Shown one piece after another: positions 1-12,436 of a stretch of DNA of 64,000 bases. Position 1 is the stretch's first letter, and every line of letters begins with the position of its first letter. Position numbers and translations under genes: made by a program. This DNA comes from Hyaloraphidium curvatum SAG 235-1 (lineage: Eukaryota; Fungi; Monoblepharomycota), in the NCBI GenBank assembly GCA_025558095.1, contig JAIVFI010000010.1, positions 62,001 through 126,000 on the forward strand, written 5' to 3'. The notes under the pieces are model-generated. The model was not told the origin of the DNA, ran no database searches, and worked only from the letters and a program-made list of their open reading frames with translations.

Positions 1-2243
1 GTCCCAGAAGACAGCGTGACGGTCGGCGCGGCCGACACGGTGGGGCAGTAGTAGGACGACGTGGTGTTTGCCCAGCACTTGCCGTAGCCGACCTGACATC
101 CCCTCCCGCACCACGCGGAGCCTGGTTGCCGCGCATCAGCATGCGCATGTCCGAGCGACCAGGCCGGCTCACCGCTGTCACCTCCGTCGTCCTGGCAACT
201 CCCCGCCTCGGAGCAGCACAGGTCATCGTTGCCACACCGCAGGCCGAAGCCCCTGCCGCAGAACGACGAGTTCAAATTGGCGGGGATATTGGGGCAGGGA
301 ACGAACACGGGTACGCCGGAAGACGTAGTGATGGAGGCGAAGGTGGTGGCGGAGGAGGTGAGGGTGGTGAGGGTGGTGCGGGTGGGGGAGGTGGTCCGCG
401 TGTACGTCGGGCACGAGAAGGCGTCGGGGTCGGTCACGTTGGCCCAGCACTTGCCGTAGCCCCTCTGGCACCCCGTGCCGCACCACGCGGCGCCGCTGTC
501 CCCGCCGTCGTCCTCGCAGAACCCGGAGGAGCTGCAGCAGATTTGCCTGGCGCAGCGGGTGCCGGGGTCGGTACCGCAGCGGCCGTCCTGAGTCTGGGGG
601 AGGTTCGGGCAGGCGACAAAGACGGGGAGGCCGGAGGAGGTGGTGATTGAGGCGAAAGTGGTTGTCCGGCTGGACGAGGTCGTCACGGAGGTCGAAGCGG
701 TGGAGGTCGACCCTGTGCCGGTCGCAGCGGTGGCCGTCCGGGTAACCGAGGCGGTCGGGCTCTGCGTCAGCGAGATCGTAGCTGTGCGCGACGTCGTCAG
801 CGTCCTGGGGGCAGTGGTGGTGCTGGTGGTGGCAGTGAAAGGAGTCGTGGTCTGCCGGACGAGAGCGCGCGTGAGCAAAAGACGCCTGGACGCCTTCAAC
901 GTCCGATCGACGCACCGTCGTCACGGGCACCGGCAGCTCGATCTGGTCCCCGTCCGGCACCAACCCTGTCCCATCCGCCTGCAGCGTCATGAACGGGTTC
1001 CCCGTGTCCCCCGCCTGCGCGATCGCCACGAAGGCGTCGGGCGCGACCGCGACGCTGGCGGAGAACAGCCCCTCGGCGTCCGTCAATGTCGTGCCGGCCT
1101 CGTCAGAGGGGGGATCGGAGGGGCCGGTGAGGACGGCGAGGCGCTGGTTGGCGTAGGGAATGTCGACCTCGGGGTCGTACACGCCGTCCTCGTTGACGTC
1201 GAAGAAGGCGCGGCCGGCGAGCACCTGGGTCTGTCACAAAGCGACCCGGGAGGCGTCAGACGTTAGCAATCGAGGGTGAATCAGTTTTCCAGAGCAGAAG
1301 GACGACCCACAATGACATTGGGCTGCGTAACCGTCCTCAGCGTGCGCGAGGTCGACGTCGTCCTGGTGGCCGAGGTCGTCCTGCTCCGCGACGTCGCGGT
1401 CCGGACCACCGTGACAAAGGTGGTCCGCACGCCCGCGAGCGTGGTGGTCCGCGTCGCCGTCGCCAGGTCCAAGACCACCACCGTGGAGGTCACCGTGGTC
1501 GTAGATCGCCTCGGGCAGCACGCCACGGCGTCGCTGCCCGACTGCCGCGGCCGGCCCGTGCGGCCGTAGAACATCCGGTAGGCGCCGAGGGCCAAGTCTT
1601 CGGGGCAGTCAACGCACAGGTGCCTGCGCTGGAGTCGCGAACCGCCACCCGCCGGAACCGGAGGCGGTCCGTCGGCCAGCGCCCCGAGAAAAGTCACGTT
1701 CAGGGTGCGGCGCTTCATGCCCATTTTGTCCCTCTCGAGCGAGCCGATGCGAAGCTCCTTCAGCGACCACTGCGGAGCGGTGCGGTCCGGGTTCGCGGTT
1801 TCGGGGCTGCCGCCTGCTCCAGGGGTTCCACCCGAGCTTCCGCCCAACCTGTTGCCCGCGATGCCGAACCGCCCCGACGTCAGAAAATCATCCGTAGACG
1901 TCCCACCCGGGTCCGGTGGGTTCGAGCCGGGCAGCGGCACTCTCACGCCCTCACCGACCAGCATCCCCAGCCTCAGCACCGCGCTGTCCCCCGCGACCGT
2001 CACCGTCCGCGTCGCCGTCGACGTGAAACTCCGCACGGTCGAGACGAGCGTCGTCGTCGACGTCGCCGCCGCTGTCGTGACGGCCGTGGAGGTCACCGCC
2101 GTGAGCGGCCGCGACGGGTCGCAGCAGCAGTTCAGGGAATTGGAGTAGGCGCACCCCGGGCAGCACAGCTCGCCCGGGACGGGCTGGGCGAGCGAGAACG
2201 GGAGCAGCGCGAGGGCCGCGAGGAGGGGGCGCCACCGGGGCAT
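1..2243 (-). CDS. Secreted Thr-rich protein with SdrD-B-like and hevein/CBM18 chitin-binding domains (copy 1; runs off the left edge; 3 introns visible)
   Basis: Signal peptide MPRWRPLLAALALLPFSLA; GRAFFDVNEDGVYDPE motif; CCSxxGxC...WCGxGCQxGYGKC repeats; near-identical to 30703..32932 on the opposite strand. Confidence 0.85.
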
Positions 2244-2290
2244 CGCGGAAAGGGGTGGAACGTGCAGGGGACCACCCTGGTGGCTGCGCC
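1..2290. repeat. Left arm of a large inverted duplication (pairs with ~30653..32932)
   Basis: Reverse complement aligns by eye with 30653..32932; position 1 corresponds to about 32932. Confidence 0.95.
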
Positions 2291-2647
2291 GGGCGGCACC
2301 CGCGGGCCCCTGGCATTCCATGGAACGCGTGACTTCTGTCCTTCACACCTATTTTACGAGCGGCACACACCTTTGAGCTCACATCGGTCTTTCGCTGCGA
2401 GACCTTGTCTGTTTGTGGCCGGGCTGCGCCGGGGAGAACGCAGAAGGCAGTACTTGTCGCAGGGACCCCTTCCTTCCCACATTCTTCTATACATTGCGAG
2501 AGACAAAGGAGGAACGTTGCCGCCGAGAACGCGACGCGTCGTATCCGCCGTCCGTACTCGCCTTCAAAGGCATGAAGGGCCTCCACCTGAAGCACCCAAC
2601 ACGCCAAGGCCGCGTTGGCGTTGTACCTTGCTGGAGGGTGTCCAGAG

Positions 2648-3304
2648 CTAGCTAACCTCCACTGAAAGGCTCGCCGCCCGCTGCGCCCGCGCCCCGTCGA
2701 CCACAACTTTTGCCTTTGCGTCCAGCACGAGGATGTCCGCCTCGGCCAGCCGCTCCCAGCACCTTGCGCGCCTCCCGGCGTCCCGCCAGTCCCACAGCGA
2801 GAGCTCGGCCACCATCCACGACGCCACCCATGCGATGGTGATGAAGAGCGCCGCCAGGATCGCGAAGACCGCGCCGGCAAAGGACCACGAGTAGCTCGTC
2901 GCCAGGTACCCGAAGCCGTACGCCGCGACGGCGGCCACCAGCGCCGCGCCGAACCCCCACGGGAACTGCCGTATGCCCTCGCTCCGCACGGCCAGCGCCT
3001 CCCGCCACGCCGCGTCGGCGCGCGCCTCGGCCATCCGCCGGAAGCCCGCCGCCACGCGCGCCCGCTCGGCGGCGTCGGCGGGCTCGTCGCACTCGGCGCG
3101 CACGGTGATTTTGGCGGGCACGTAGACGGCGGCCGCAAGCAGCGCCGCGAGGTCGTCGGCCGAGGTGAGCTCGGGCCGCCACGGGTCCGCGTCGGGCGCG
3201 TCGACGAGGTCCGAGAGCTTCGCCACGCGGGCGTCCACGGCCGCGGCGTTGTTCAGGAGATCGAGCTGCGCATTGACGCGCTTGCGGGCCTTTAGGCTGA
3301 GCAT
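2648..3304 (-). CDS. Hypothetical two-TM membrane protein
   Basis: Intronless ORF from MLSLKARK with GC3-biased codons and two hydrophobic helices (FPWGFGAALVAAVAAYGFGYL; FAGAVFAILAALFITIAWVASW). Confidence 0.6.
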   Translation of the reverse strand: MLSLKARKRVNAQLDLLNNAAAVDARVAKLSDLVDAPDADPWRPELTSADDLAALLAAAVYVPAKITVRAECDEPADAAERARVAAGFRRMAEARADAAWREALAVRSEGIRQFPWGFGAALVAAVAAYGFGYLATSYSWSFAGAVFAILAALFITIAWVASWMVAELSLWDWRDAGRRARCWERLAEADILVLDAKAKVVVDGARAQRAASLSVEVS

Positions 3305-3514
3305 TTGGGACGGGGGAAATGGGGGAAGGGGGTGTTCGATGTTTCGCTGCGCTGCCGACCGATACTTGATGCCCGAAGGCCGCCCGCCTCGGTCGCATAC
3401 GAGATCATATCCGTGTTCAGAAATGCAAAGGTTACCATTCAGCTCCTTGGATGCTACAGTCCGACATTTGGGCTGGAATCCGCCCACCGCTCCGCCGCCG
3501 ACCGTCCCTCCGCC

Positions 3515-4885
3515 TTACTGCTGCCGCCGAAGCTCGACGTTCCTGGCCCACAGCGCCCTGTTCCTCGAGACCACGTTCTCGAACGCGCCCCTCATTCTCT
3601 CCAGCTTGAGCTCCAGCTCCGCCTCCCTGGCCAGCGCGGCCCGGAGCCGGTCTTCGGCCTCGTGCCGCAGCCTGGTCTCCGTCGCCAGCTGCCCGGAGAG
3701 GTCGTCGACCTGGGACCAGGTCGGGGCGGGGGTAGAGCCGGGCTCCGGATCGGGCTCGGGCTTGATGAAAGCGGGGAGCAGGTCCGGGTCGCACGGCTGG
3801 GAGTCGGTGGTGCGGTCCGGCCCCGGTTCCATGCGGGCAGGCCCGTCGCCGAGGTCCGCGGCGACGGCTTCGAAAGCAGCCCGCTTCGGCGCCGGCTCCT
3901 CCAGGTCGCCGGCGGCCCGCTTCTTGCCGCCCTTGCCGGGCACGATCCACGGGTTCCTGCCCTCGGAGCGGTTCATCTCCTCGACGTTGGCGTGGAGGGG
4001 CTTCCGCCCCGCAAAGTCCGAGATGCCGGCGAGCTCCGGCGCGCGCTGCAGCAGCACGTACGCGGCATCCAGCCCGTTGCTGGCCATGGCGTAGTAGTAA
4101 GCCGTGCGGCCGAGGTCGTCGCGGGCCAGCAGGTCGATCCCCGGGAGGGAAAGCAGCAGCTCCAGGGCGTCGACACGCCACATCCACGCGGCACACATGA
4201 GGGGGGTGATCCCGCGGGCGCTCCTGCCGTTGGGATCCGCGCCGTCGTCGAGGGCGCGCCGCACCCCGGCGAGGTCCCACTCCCAGCCGAGGCACGCGCG
4301 GCGCAGGGCGGCGGAAGGGTCCGTGGCCGGGTCGGCGTCGCCCGTGTCGCGCCACCACGGCTCCACGTCCAGGCCGAGCTCCGCCAGGCGGGATTCCAGG
4401 AAGGAGACGGTGTTGTCGTCGATGCACATCCGCCGCATGTGGTCCACGTTGGCGTCGGTGCCGGTTCCGAGGGAAAAGTCCGCGGGCGCGGGCAGGGCGA
4501 GCAGCTTGCCCACGATGTCGGTGCGGCCGGTGACGACGGCATAGTATCCAGCGGGCCGCCCGAAGCGGTTGCGCTTGTTCGGGTCCACGCGCCGGTCGGC
4601 CAGCAGGAGGTCGACGGCATCGGCGGCGCCCCTCCACGCGGCGCTCGCCAGCGCCGTCATCCCGCCCTTCGGGGCATAGTCGGGGTCGCCGCAGCCGGGC
4701 AGCAGCAGCCGGACGACCTCGGCGTGCGCGGGCGTGCCGCCGAACGCCGCCCAGATGAGCGGCGTGTTGCCGTCAGGGTCGCGCGCGGCGGCCGCGAGCC
4801 GGGGCGCGCGGCGCAGGATGTTGCGCACGGCGGCGGCGTCGCCCCGGGCCGCGGCGGCAATCAGCTGGCGCGAGTTGGTGCTCAT
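3515..4885 (-). CDS. Ankyrin-repeat protein with C-terminal coiled coil
   Basis: GNTPLIWAA, GMTALASAA, GITPLMCAA, GRTAYYYA ankyrin motifs; heptad-like C-terminus. Confidence 0.85.
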   Translation of the reverse strand: MSTNSRQLIAAAARGDAAAVRNILRRAPRLAAAARDPDGNTPLIWAAFGGTPAHAEVVRLLLPGCGDPDYAPKGGMTALASAAWRGAADAVDLLLADRRVDPNKRNRFGRPAGYYAVVTGRTDIVGKLLALPAPADFSLGTGTDANVDHMRRMCIDDNTVSFLESRLAELGLDVEPWWRDTGDADPATDPSAALRRACLGWEWDLAGVRRALDDGADPNGRSARGITPLMCAAWMWRVDALELLLSLPGIDLLARDDLGRTAYYYAMASNGLDAAYVLLQRAPELAGISDFAGRKPLHANVEEMNRSEGRNPWIVPGKGGKKRAAGDLEEPAPKRAAFEAVAADLGDGPARMEPGPDRTTDSQPCDPDLLPAFIKPEPDPEPGSTPAPTWSQVDDLSGQLATETRLRHEAEDRLRAALAREAELELKLERMRGAFENVVSRNRALWARNVELRRQQ

Positions 4886-5065
4886 GGTTTGGGAGATTGG
4901 GTTTGGGCCGGACGCCGGTTCTTGTCTCGAAAGCGGCACAGCAGCCTGGCCAAGCCCAAGCCCCGATCCCTGGTGAGACATCTCAAAACCCCGCCAACTT
5001 GGCTTGGTTGTTGGTGCTGTACATTACCGCCTGCTACATGGAACCCGGAGGCCATCGCCACGCAA

Positions 5066-7352
5066 TCACACCTGGCTGTTCACGGTGACGGCCGGCACCG
5101 TCTCGCCGACGGTCTCCGCCGCCACCGCGACCGGCGTGGCCGCCTTGAGCGCCTCGTCGGACGGCATCGGCAGCCCCGACATGGTCGCGGTGCGCTGCTT
5201 CCTCTCGAGCGTGGCCAGTTTGGACGCTTCCCAGGTGCCTCCCGATGTGTTCTCGGTCGCCACGACCGGGGCAGGGCCGTAGTAGCCCGTCAGGGAGGCC
5301 GTGCGCTGCGCGGTCTTGAGCTGGTCCCCCTCGGCCGAGGGCTTGGAGGTGACGAGGTCCACGTCGGGGAGCTCCACGATGAAGAGGGCGAGGCCGGCGG
5401 CGACGGCGAAACAGCAACCTGATTTGGCCGGGATGTCAGCCGTTCAACATGGATTCCCGCCGCGGAGGCCGAGGACCGTACCAGCCATGAAGAGCGCCCA
5501 TGGGATGCCGACCTGGTCGCCCAGGGCGGCCCTCAAGCCGGTGATGCCGAACGTGATCACGAGTTGGGGAACTGGTAAAGGCGAAGGTGGTCATGAAGGC
5601 CAACGGACGATAAGGAAGGATGCCATACCGGTGATGAAGAGGTTGAGGATGCCGAACTGGATGCCGACGTCCATCCCGCCTCCTTCGGCGTTGCTGCGGG
5701 GGAAGATGCGTCGTAAGCCAAGTCCAGCCACCCCGCGTGCGATTGCCCAAGACGCACTATCTTCCGACGATGGCGAACGGGAAGCTGTTGATGCAGCTGA
5801 TCGGAATGGAGATGCCCACTGCCACGACCCACGCGTAGCCGGGCGCCGTAACGAACCGGGATACGATGAGGATGGCGGCGCCGACGGCCAGACTGATGGA
5901 GTACACGTATTTCACGCGGCGGAGGTAGCCGTAGGAGACACCGGCGGCGAGGATGAGGGAGTAGACGATCTGGACCGCCGTGGCAACCCTGCGAGGAAAT
6001 GCAATGTCAGCTCGAGATTGCTGTGCGTTGGCAGAAACTCGCATTCCGGTGAACCCGTACTGCTGGTTGCCCGCCGCAGCGTTCTCTGCCCCCACGGAGC
6101 CGGGAGGGCAGCCGTCGGTGCCCACGACGCATCCATCGTAGACGATCAGCTGGGGAGGGCGTTCGGGTGAGGGATGGACGGCGCGTCAGGTTCACCGAGG
6201 CACTTACGGCAAACCACGTCGAGCCGATCGGCCACCAGGTGAACAGGGCAGCCCAGGAAAAGAACTGCACCGCGCAGATGGTCGCGAGCTTCCTGTCCAT
6301 CCCCGCGATGTTCTTGGCGGCGTTCAAGAAGGGCGAGAACGGCCCGCCGAGCTTGTCGTCCGACTCGACCTTGTGCTGGTTCTCATGGACCATGAATATC
6401 TGGATCCCGGTGAATAGGATGTTGATGGCCAGCATGGAGCTCAGCAGCGGGGGCATCGAGCTCGGGTTGCCGTCCCAGAGGGCGGCCATGAGGCCGTAGC
6501 CGATCATCGCCCCGATGCCCTGGAAGGAGGCGGCGAGGAGCTGGATGATGCCCTGCTGCGTGTCGGGGGTCATGTCGGAGCAGATGGCCCGGAGCGGGGT
6601 TTGCTGCGGAGGCGTCAGCACGCGGTTGAGGCGGATGTTCGAGCGACCGACCAGGACGTTGATGCTAAAGTCGAGCAGAACCTCTACAGTCGATCGTTGA
6701 GAATGATGCCGACCATCCAAAAACAGGAATCACCCACGCGAAGTGAAACCAACGGCGAGCGCCGCGCCTCCGTACTCGTACGAGAACATGAAGATGACGG
6801 TCGTGACGATGATCAGGGCGAGTCCGGCGACAATGTAGGGTCGCCGGCGGCCGTACTTGCTCTCGGAGCGGTCCGAGAGACTGCCGACGATGGGAGCTTT
6901 CCGAGCCTCGTCAGCTACGAGGGCAACAGCACGGGGTCCGGAGCGACAGACCCATGATGAAACCGGCGATTGGTCCGAAGATCCATGCCAATGACGCCAG
7001 CGGCCCCGACAACCCGAACGACTGCAGAACCTGGCTGATGATTCCGAACTCGACCTGAGCGCCGGATCAGTCCCGGGAAGTAGGTGCGGCGCCGCCCGCA
7101 CGAACCTGCCAAATGGCTTGGACACCGATCCAGGGGAGGGCCTGTTCTCGTGTCAGCACACCCAAAATACTCACCGCCGTAGCGTCCTCACCAGAAGTAG
7201 GAGCTGGAAGGGGTCTGGAGCGAAATGGCATGTGAGCGCCATGTCCGGGGACGTCCCTGCCGAGACATACTGAGCCTCACGCGGGAGCCTCCGAGGGCCT
7301 CCTCGCGCTGGGAAACACCAGCCCACGGCGAGACGCTGTTCTCCGTTGCCAT
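5066..7352 (-). CDS. MFS transporter, SLC45/sucrose-proton symporter (GPH) family, multi-exon
   Basis: PIVGSLSDRSESKYGRRRPYI motif; ICAVQFFSW; multiple TM exons separated by short GT-AG introns. Confidence 0.8.
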
Positions 7353-7619
7353 TGCTCTGAGGGACTTGCTCTGGCTCGGTTGGGAGACGGGGAAGGGGCA
7401 GGCGGAATCTCGCTTCAGGCGACTGGGTCCAGGGGACCACCGCACCACTCCGAACTCCGAGAACTCCGCATGGCGTGGAACCATCGAAAACCCGGGAATG
7501 GGACACTGCAATTTTGTCAGCAGACTATAAGATCATCGATATTCATGTTGGAACCCGGGGACGGCACCAGGAGGCTTCGGCAGTGCAATCGATCTCTCCA
7601 CTCTTTCGGGGCCTCTCGC

Positions 7620-9686
7620 TTAGTCCAGATCCAGCCCCTCTCCGTCGTTCCCCGTGGCACCAGAACCGTCAGCTGCCGTCCCCTCCGCCGCTCCTTGGGC
7701 CTCCTGCCCCCCGGCCTGCGATCGTGCCTGGCCCTGTTCCGCCCCCGCCAGCGCCCCCTCGAAGTTCCTCACCAGGCTCCCCACCAGCCCCGCGAACGGC
7801 GTCTGCTGCTGCGCACCCTGCCCCTGCCCGCCTGCAAAGTTCTGCACGAGCCCCGAGACGGTGCCCATGAGCTGCGGGTTGGAAGCGAGCGCGGAGCCGG
7901 CGGCGCGGAGGAGGCCGCCAATGTCGGCGGACTGCCCTGCCGCCGGCGCTGTGGTGGACGCCGACGTGCCCGTTGTGCCGGGAGAGAGGGCGTCGCGGGC
8001 GGCTTTGATCAGCGCGGGCACGTCGAGTCCGGGGGCGGCGCCCGAGGTGGTGGTGGAGCCGGAGAGGGCGGTGGAGGCGGCCTGCAGGAGGGCGGAGATG
8101 TCGACCGACTGCTGAGTGCCGGCAGCTTGTGCTGCGTCGGCGGCGGTCTCCGCTGGACGATGGGTTTGCTGCTGCGAGGCCTGGACCTGCGGCTGAGAAG
8201 CCCGAGCCTCCTGCTGAGCGCCCTGACCGTGCTGCTGCCCCCCACCCCTCGCAGCCATGCCGCTCAGGATGGGCCCCAGATCCAGCCTTCCCGCCTGCGC
8301 GGCCGCCAACGTGCCCCCGAGCGCGCCCAGCACGGACCGCACGTCGATCAACGGAGAAGGCGCCGCGGCCCTGTTGTAGCTCCCCAGTGCCGCCCCCACG
8401 ATCCGCATCGCGCTCGCCAGGTCGAACCCCTGCGGCCTCGCCGGCTGCGTGCCGAACGCCGCGCTGACCGCGCTGACCACCGAGGGGACGTCGATCCCCT
8501 GCGCGTGGGAACCAAGGGTGGTCCCGAGAGCCGAGAGGATGGTGGGCACGTCGATGCCCGAGTTGCGGACGGCAGCAATGGCGCGAGCCATGAGCTCCGG
8601 GTTGGAGGAGGCGTCGCGGAGGAGGGAGGCGCCCTCGCCGGCGTAGCCGGCGAGCTGGGCCGCGGCGCTCTGCAGCGCCGGGGAGGAGGCGGCGGCGCGG
8701 ATCATGGACGCGTAGTCAATCGGAGGAGGGGCGGCGGCGGGGGCAGGAGGTGCTTGAGACGCTGCAGACGAGGTCGAAGGCGATGTGGCGGTGGTGGCAG
8801 CACCGCTCGGCGCAGTCTGTCCTCCCTGCTGACGCTGCAAAACGCCGAGGTTCTCCAGAACAGGGCCTAGACCCGACGTCAGCTGATCCGCGAGCTCCGA
8901 TGGCATCCCGGCGGCGGCCATCGCCTGGCGTACGGCCTGGCTGTGGGCCCTGGCGTGCTCCTGGGCCGCCTGCGCCTGAGCGGCCTGGGCGGCGGCCTGA
9001 GCAGGGTTCGCCGCGGCTTGGGCACCTGGCATTGGCGCCTGATCGACGCGGATCTGCACCTGGGCCGGCTGGCCGAGACCTAAGCTTGAGAGCATGGCCG
9101 GGATCTGGGACAGCACCTGGGCGAGGCCGGGCATCTGTGCAGGGCCCGTGCCGGCCTCTCCGGAAGTCGGGTGCGGCGTGTAGGGAGGCGGTTCGTGGGT
9201 GGGAACGTCGTCGTGCGGGCCAGAGGTGCGAACCCCGTTTGGAGGCGTGCCAGCCGGGGTAGGACCCCGCGGCGCGGCTTGCGGGGCCGCCGATTCAGAA
9301 ACGGCGGCCGGAACATCCCTCGGTTCGCCGAGCTCGGCGTGCAGCATCGCCCAGAGGCGCGGCCGCGAGCGCAGCATCGGCAGGAGCGCGTCCCTCAGGA
9401 CGCCGTCGGCCAGCCTCTGCGCGTCCTCCGCAGCGGAGTGCGGCGGCTCGTCCACAGCCGGCAGCGGCCGCGAGGTCGTCGCGTGCGGCTCCGCATCGGG
9501 CATTCCGGAGGTGGCCGCCGTGCGGACGGAGGCGTCCGACGCGGCCGACGCGGTCGGGGCCGGCGGGAGAGGGTCCGGCGCGGCGGCCTCCTCGGCGTGC
9601 TCGGGCGGGTCGTCGGCGGGCGCCCCGTCGCCGGCAATGTTCTCCTCGGGCTCCGAAGGAGGCGACGACGCGGGCGGGGCGGCCAT
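7620..9686 (-). CDS. Ala/Gln/Pro-rich low-complexity protein with repeated amphipathic helices
   Basis: Long uninterrupted ORF from MAAPPASS; about 9 copies of hydrophobic-D-hydrophobic-xx-hydrophobic-hydrophobic motif. Confidence 0.7.
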   Translation of the reverse strand: MAAPPASSPPSEPEENIAGDGAPADDPPEHAEEAAAPDPLPPAPTASAASDASVRTAATSGMPDAEPHATTSRPLPAVDEPPHSAAEDAQRLADGVLRDALLPMLRSRPRLWAMLHAELGEPRDVPAAVSESAAPQAAPRGPTPAGTPPNGVRTSGPHDDVPTHEPPPYTPHPTSGEAGTGPAQMPGLAQVLSQIPAMLSSLGLGQPAQVQIRVDQAPMPGAQAAANPAQAAAQAAQAQAAQEHARAHSQAVRQAMAAAGMPSELADQLTSGLGPVLENLGVLQRQQGGQTAPSGAATTATSPSTSSAASQAPPAPAAAPPPIDYASMIRAAASSPALQSAAAQLAGYAGEGASLLRDASSNPELMARAIAAVRNSGIDVPTILSALGTTLGSHAQGIDVPSVVSAVSAAFGTQPARPQGFDLASAMRIVGAALGSYNRAAAPSPLIDVRSVLGALGGTLAAAQAGRLDLGPILSGMAARGGGQQHGQGAQQEARASQPQVQASQQQTHRPAETAADAAQAAGTQQSVDISALLQAASTALSGSTTTSGAAPGLDVPALIKAARDALSPGTTGTSASTTAPAAGQSADIGGLLRAAGSALASNPQLMGTVSGLVQNFAGGQGQGAQQQTPFAGLVGSLVRNFEGALAGAEQGQARSQAGGQEAQGAAEGTAADGSGATGNDGEGLDLD

Positions 9687-9837
9687 CGGGCGTAAACGGG
9701 AAGACGCTGAAGAAAGCAGTTCGCAGCGCTTGCGCGTCAATAGGGACGGCCAGATGCGCGGGCCCGCCCGCCGCACACGGCCCCCGCCGCCATCCCCGTG
9801 ATCTGAGCGTCTATGTACACGTTGCCTCCAATAATCA

Positions 9838-12436
9838 TTACTCGATCTTGAGCTGCAGACCCTCGAGATCGCCCGTCTCCATCCACGCGTTGAGGCGCAT
9901 CCTGTACGCCACGGCGCCCGCGCCGTATGCCGCCCCGCGCGCTGCTTTGGTGAGGGCCTCGATGTTTCCCTCCGAGTTGTAGTATCCGGCTGCGGAGGGC
10001 GCATCAATGCTGATTCCGCGCAACGGCGGCACGCATCAAACCCACGCGTGCACTCGGACGCAAACTGCGGATTCGCGCGGCTCAGCTTCATGATCTCGGC
10101 GGTCCACTCCTCCTCGGCCTCTTTCGTCGGCTCAACTTCCTTGACGCCGCGCTTCAGAAGCTCCGAGATGCAGTAGGAGGTGAAGTCGGCGTAGACTGAG
10201 TAGATGCTAGGGCTGAACGGACAAGAAGGTGAGCACTCGTCGACAGAGGCATCCGCAATGCACGTACAAGTTGACCGAGACCGATCCTTGGGCTGGATGA
10301 GAGGTGAGTCAGAAAAGCGGATCATCCCACGGACCTCGAACGAATTCACCGTGGCCGTAGTACCAGAGGCTGGGGAGGAGACGGAATCAGCACGCCTTCA
10401 AACATATCCGGTAGAGGGCCACGCACTTGGGGAAACCGTCCATCATGATGCCAAACAACGTCGAGATGCCGTCCTTCTCGAACTTTTCGTCGCGGGTGAG
10501 GCCGCCGCGGCCGTAGAGCTTAAAGTTGACCTTTCGGGCGGGGCTCTCGAAGCCCGTGCTCCACACGATGCAGTCTACCTCGTACTCGCGGCCGGCCACG
10601 ACTACGCCCTTCTCTGTGATGCGCTCGATGCCCTTGGTGTCGGCGGTGTCGACGACGTGGACGCTCTCCTTGTTGAAGATCGGGAGGTCTGGAGGGGCGG
10701 TAAGCGTCCCGGATACAGCGCAATCCAAAGACGGCAGGGGACACACGCACAATTGTCGCTGTACACGGGGCGCTTGCACCTGAAGGGGATGATTGATTGA
10801 GCGCCCGAGGAATATCGCCGCAACGACGAGGACCTACCAGATGTTGTACCAGGGCTTGAGGATCTCGGCCTTCTGCTTGTCCTTGACGACGTCGTCGACG
10901 CGCTTCCGCAGCCGTTCCATGTGGCGGAAGTCCGCGAGCTGGTCATCGATCGTCAGCAGCAATCCGAGAGCGGGAACACGGGACGACCGACCTGTAGCAG
11001 GTCCGGGATGGAGTACTGCTTACCCTCGCCCGTCTTCATGTGGCGCTTGAGCAGGGAAAAGGTCGACGTGAAGGTCCTCGAGAAGCCGTCGTCGAGCTCG
11101 ACCTCGGCGTCGCCACCGAGCCCGTAGATCTGGAAGGCGTCGTCGCGCTTCTGCTGCCATCCCTTCTCGAGGCCGGCGTACCACTTGGGGTCGGTCGGCT
11201 CGTTGTCACGGACGTCTACGGCGGAGGGGGTGCGCTCTGTGATCGGACGACTGTCAATCGAGGAACCGCGAATGGCGCCTCAAATAACCCACGGAACACG
11301 TAGAGCTCCTTGGCCCACTCCCCCAGGTACGGGATGCACTGCACGCCGGTGGCGCCCGTGCCAATCACCGCGACGCGCTTGTCCTGCAGCTTCGTCAGGT
11401 TGAAGTCGCCGTTCGGGTTGCCGCCGGTGTAGTCGTAGTCCCATCTCGCCGTGTGGAACTCGTGGCCCTTGAAAGAGTCGATCCCGGGCACGTCGGGCAG
11501 GTGCGGGCAGTTGATCGGGCCGCCGCACTGGACCAGGAACCTGGCCTTGATGCTGTCCCCGCGGTCCGTGGTCACGGTCCATTTGCCCTCCTCCTCCGAC
11601 CAGCGCATCTCCTTGGCCATGGTCTGGAAGATGGCGTGCGGGTACAGGTCCCACTGCTTCGCCAGGCGTACTGTGTGCTCCCGGATCTCGAAACCCGGCA
11701 CGTATTTCGCGGACGGCATGTAGCCGCTTTGTTCCAGATAGAGCAAGTAGCAGTAGCTCTCCGAGTCGCAGGCCGCGCCGGGGTACCTGTTCCAGTACTT
11801 TCCGTGCCAGAATCAGAGATCCATCGGGAAGCATTGCAGAGCGGTTGACCCACCCAGGTTCCGCCAAAGTCGCCCGCCGCGTCGAGCATCTTGAACGACG
11901 TGATCCCGCGGTCCTTCAGCTTGGACGCCGTCAGGATCCCCGAGAAACCCGTGCCCAGCACGAGCACGTCCAGGTCCAGGTCGATCGGCTCGCGCTCGAC
12001 CCGCTTGGTCCAGTGGTCATCGAGCCAGTGCGAGAACTTGGCGCCCTTGCCTTCGCCCACGGTGACATACTGGTTCTCGTGCTCGGCCCGCACTCGGCGG
12101 TCTCGTTCAGCGATGTCTGCGAGGTTTCGGTCAGCACCTGGCCGAAATCATGGCCCGTGAGTAACGGTACACTTCTTCTTGAGCTGGTGGCGAGATGGCC
12201 GTGGCGCGGTTAGTCACCGGGGCGATAGCACGGGAGACGGCGGCCCCGGGCACCAACCTCGACGGCTAAGGTGTTGGCAAGAAACGAGCGGGGGTCGCAG
12301 GTGCGGAAACGGGGTCCAAGATGGCCGGAGTGAGCGCCAAGGCGTCGGCGCCGGGGACGGCTCCCTCACGGTCAAAATCGAACTGCCAGAGGTCGTTCTC
12401 GACCGCCTGCGCGTCGGCGGTGGCGACGGGGGCCAT
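9838..12436 (-). CDS. Type I Baeyer-Villiger monooxygenase (FAD/NADPH), multi-exon
   Basis: GTGFSG, GGTW..NRYPGAACD, BVMO fingerprint FKGHEFHTARWD, VIGTGATG, DCIVWSTGF, GYYNSEG. Confidence 0.9.
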
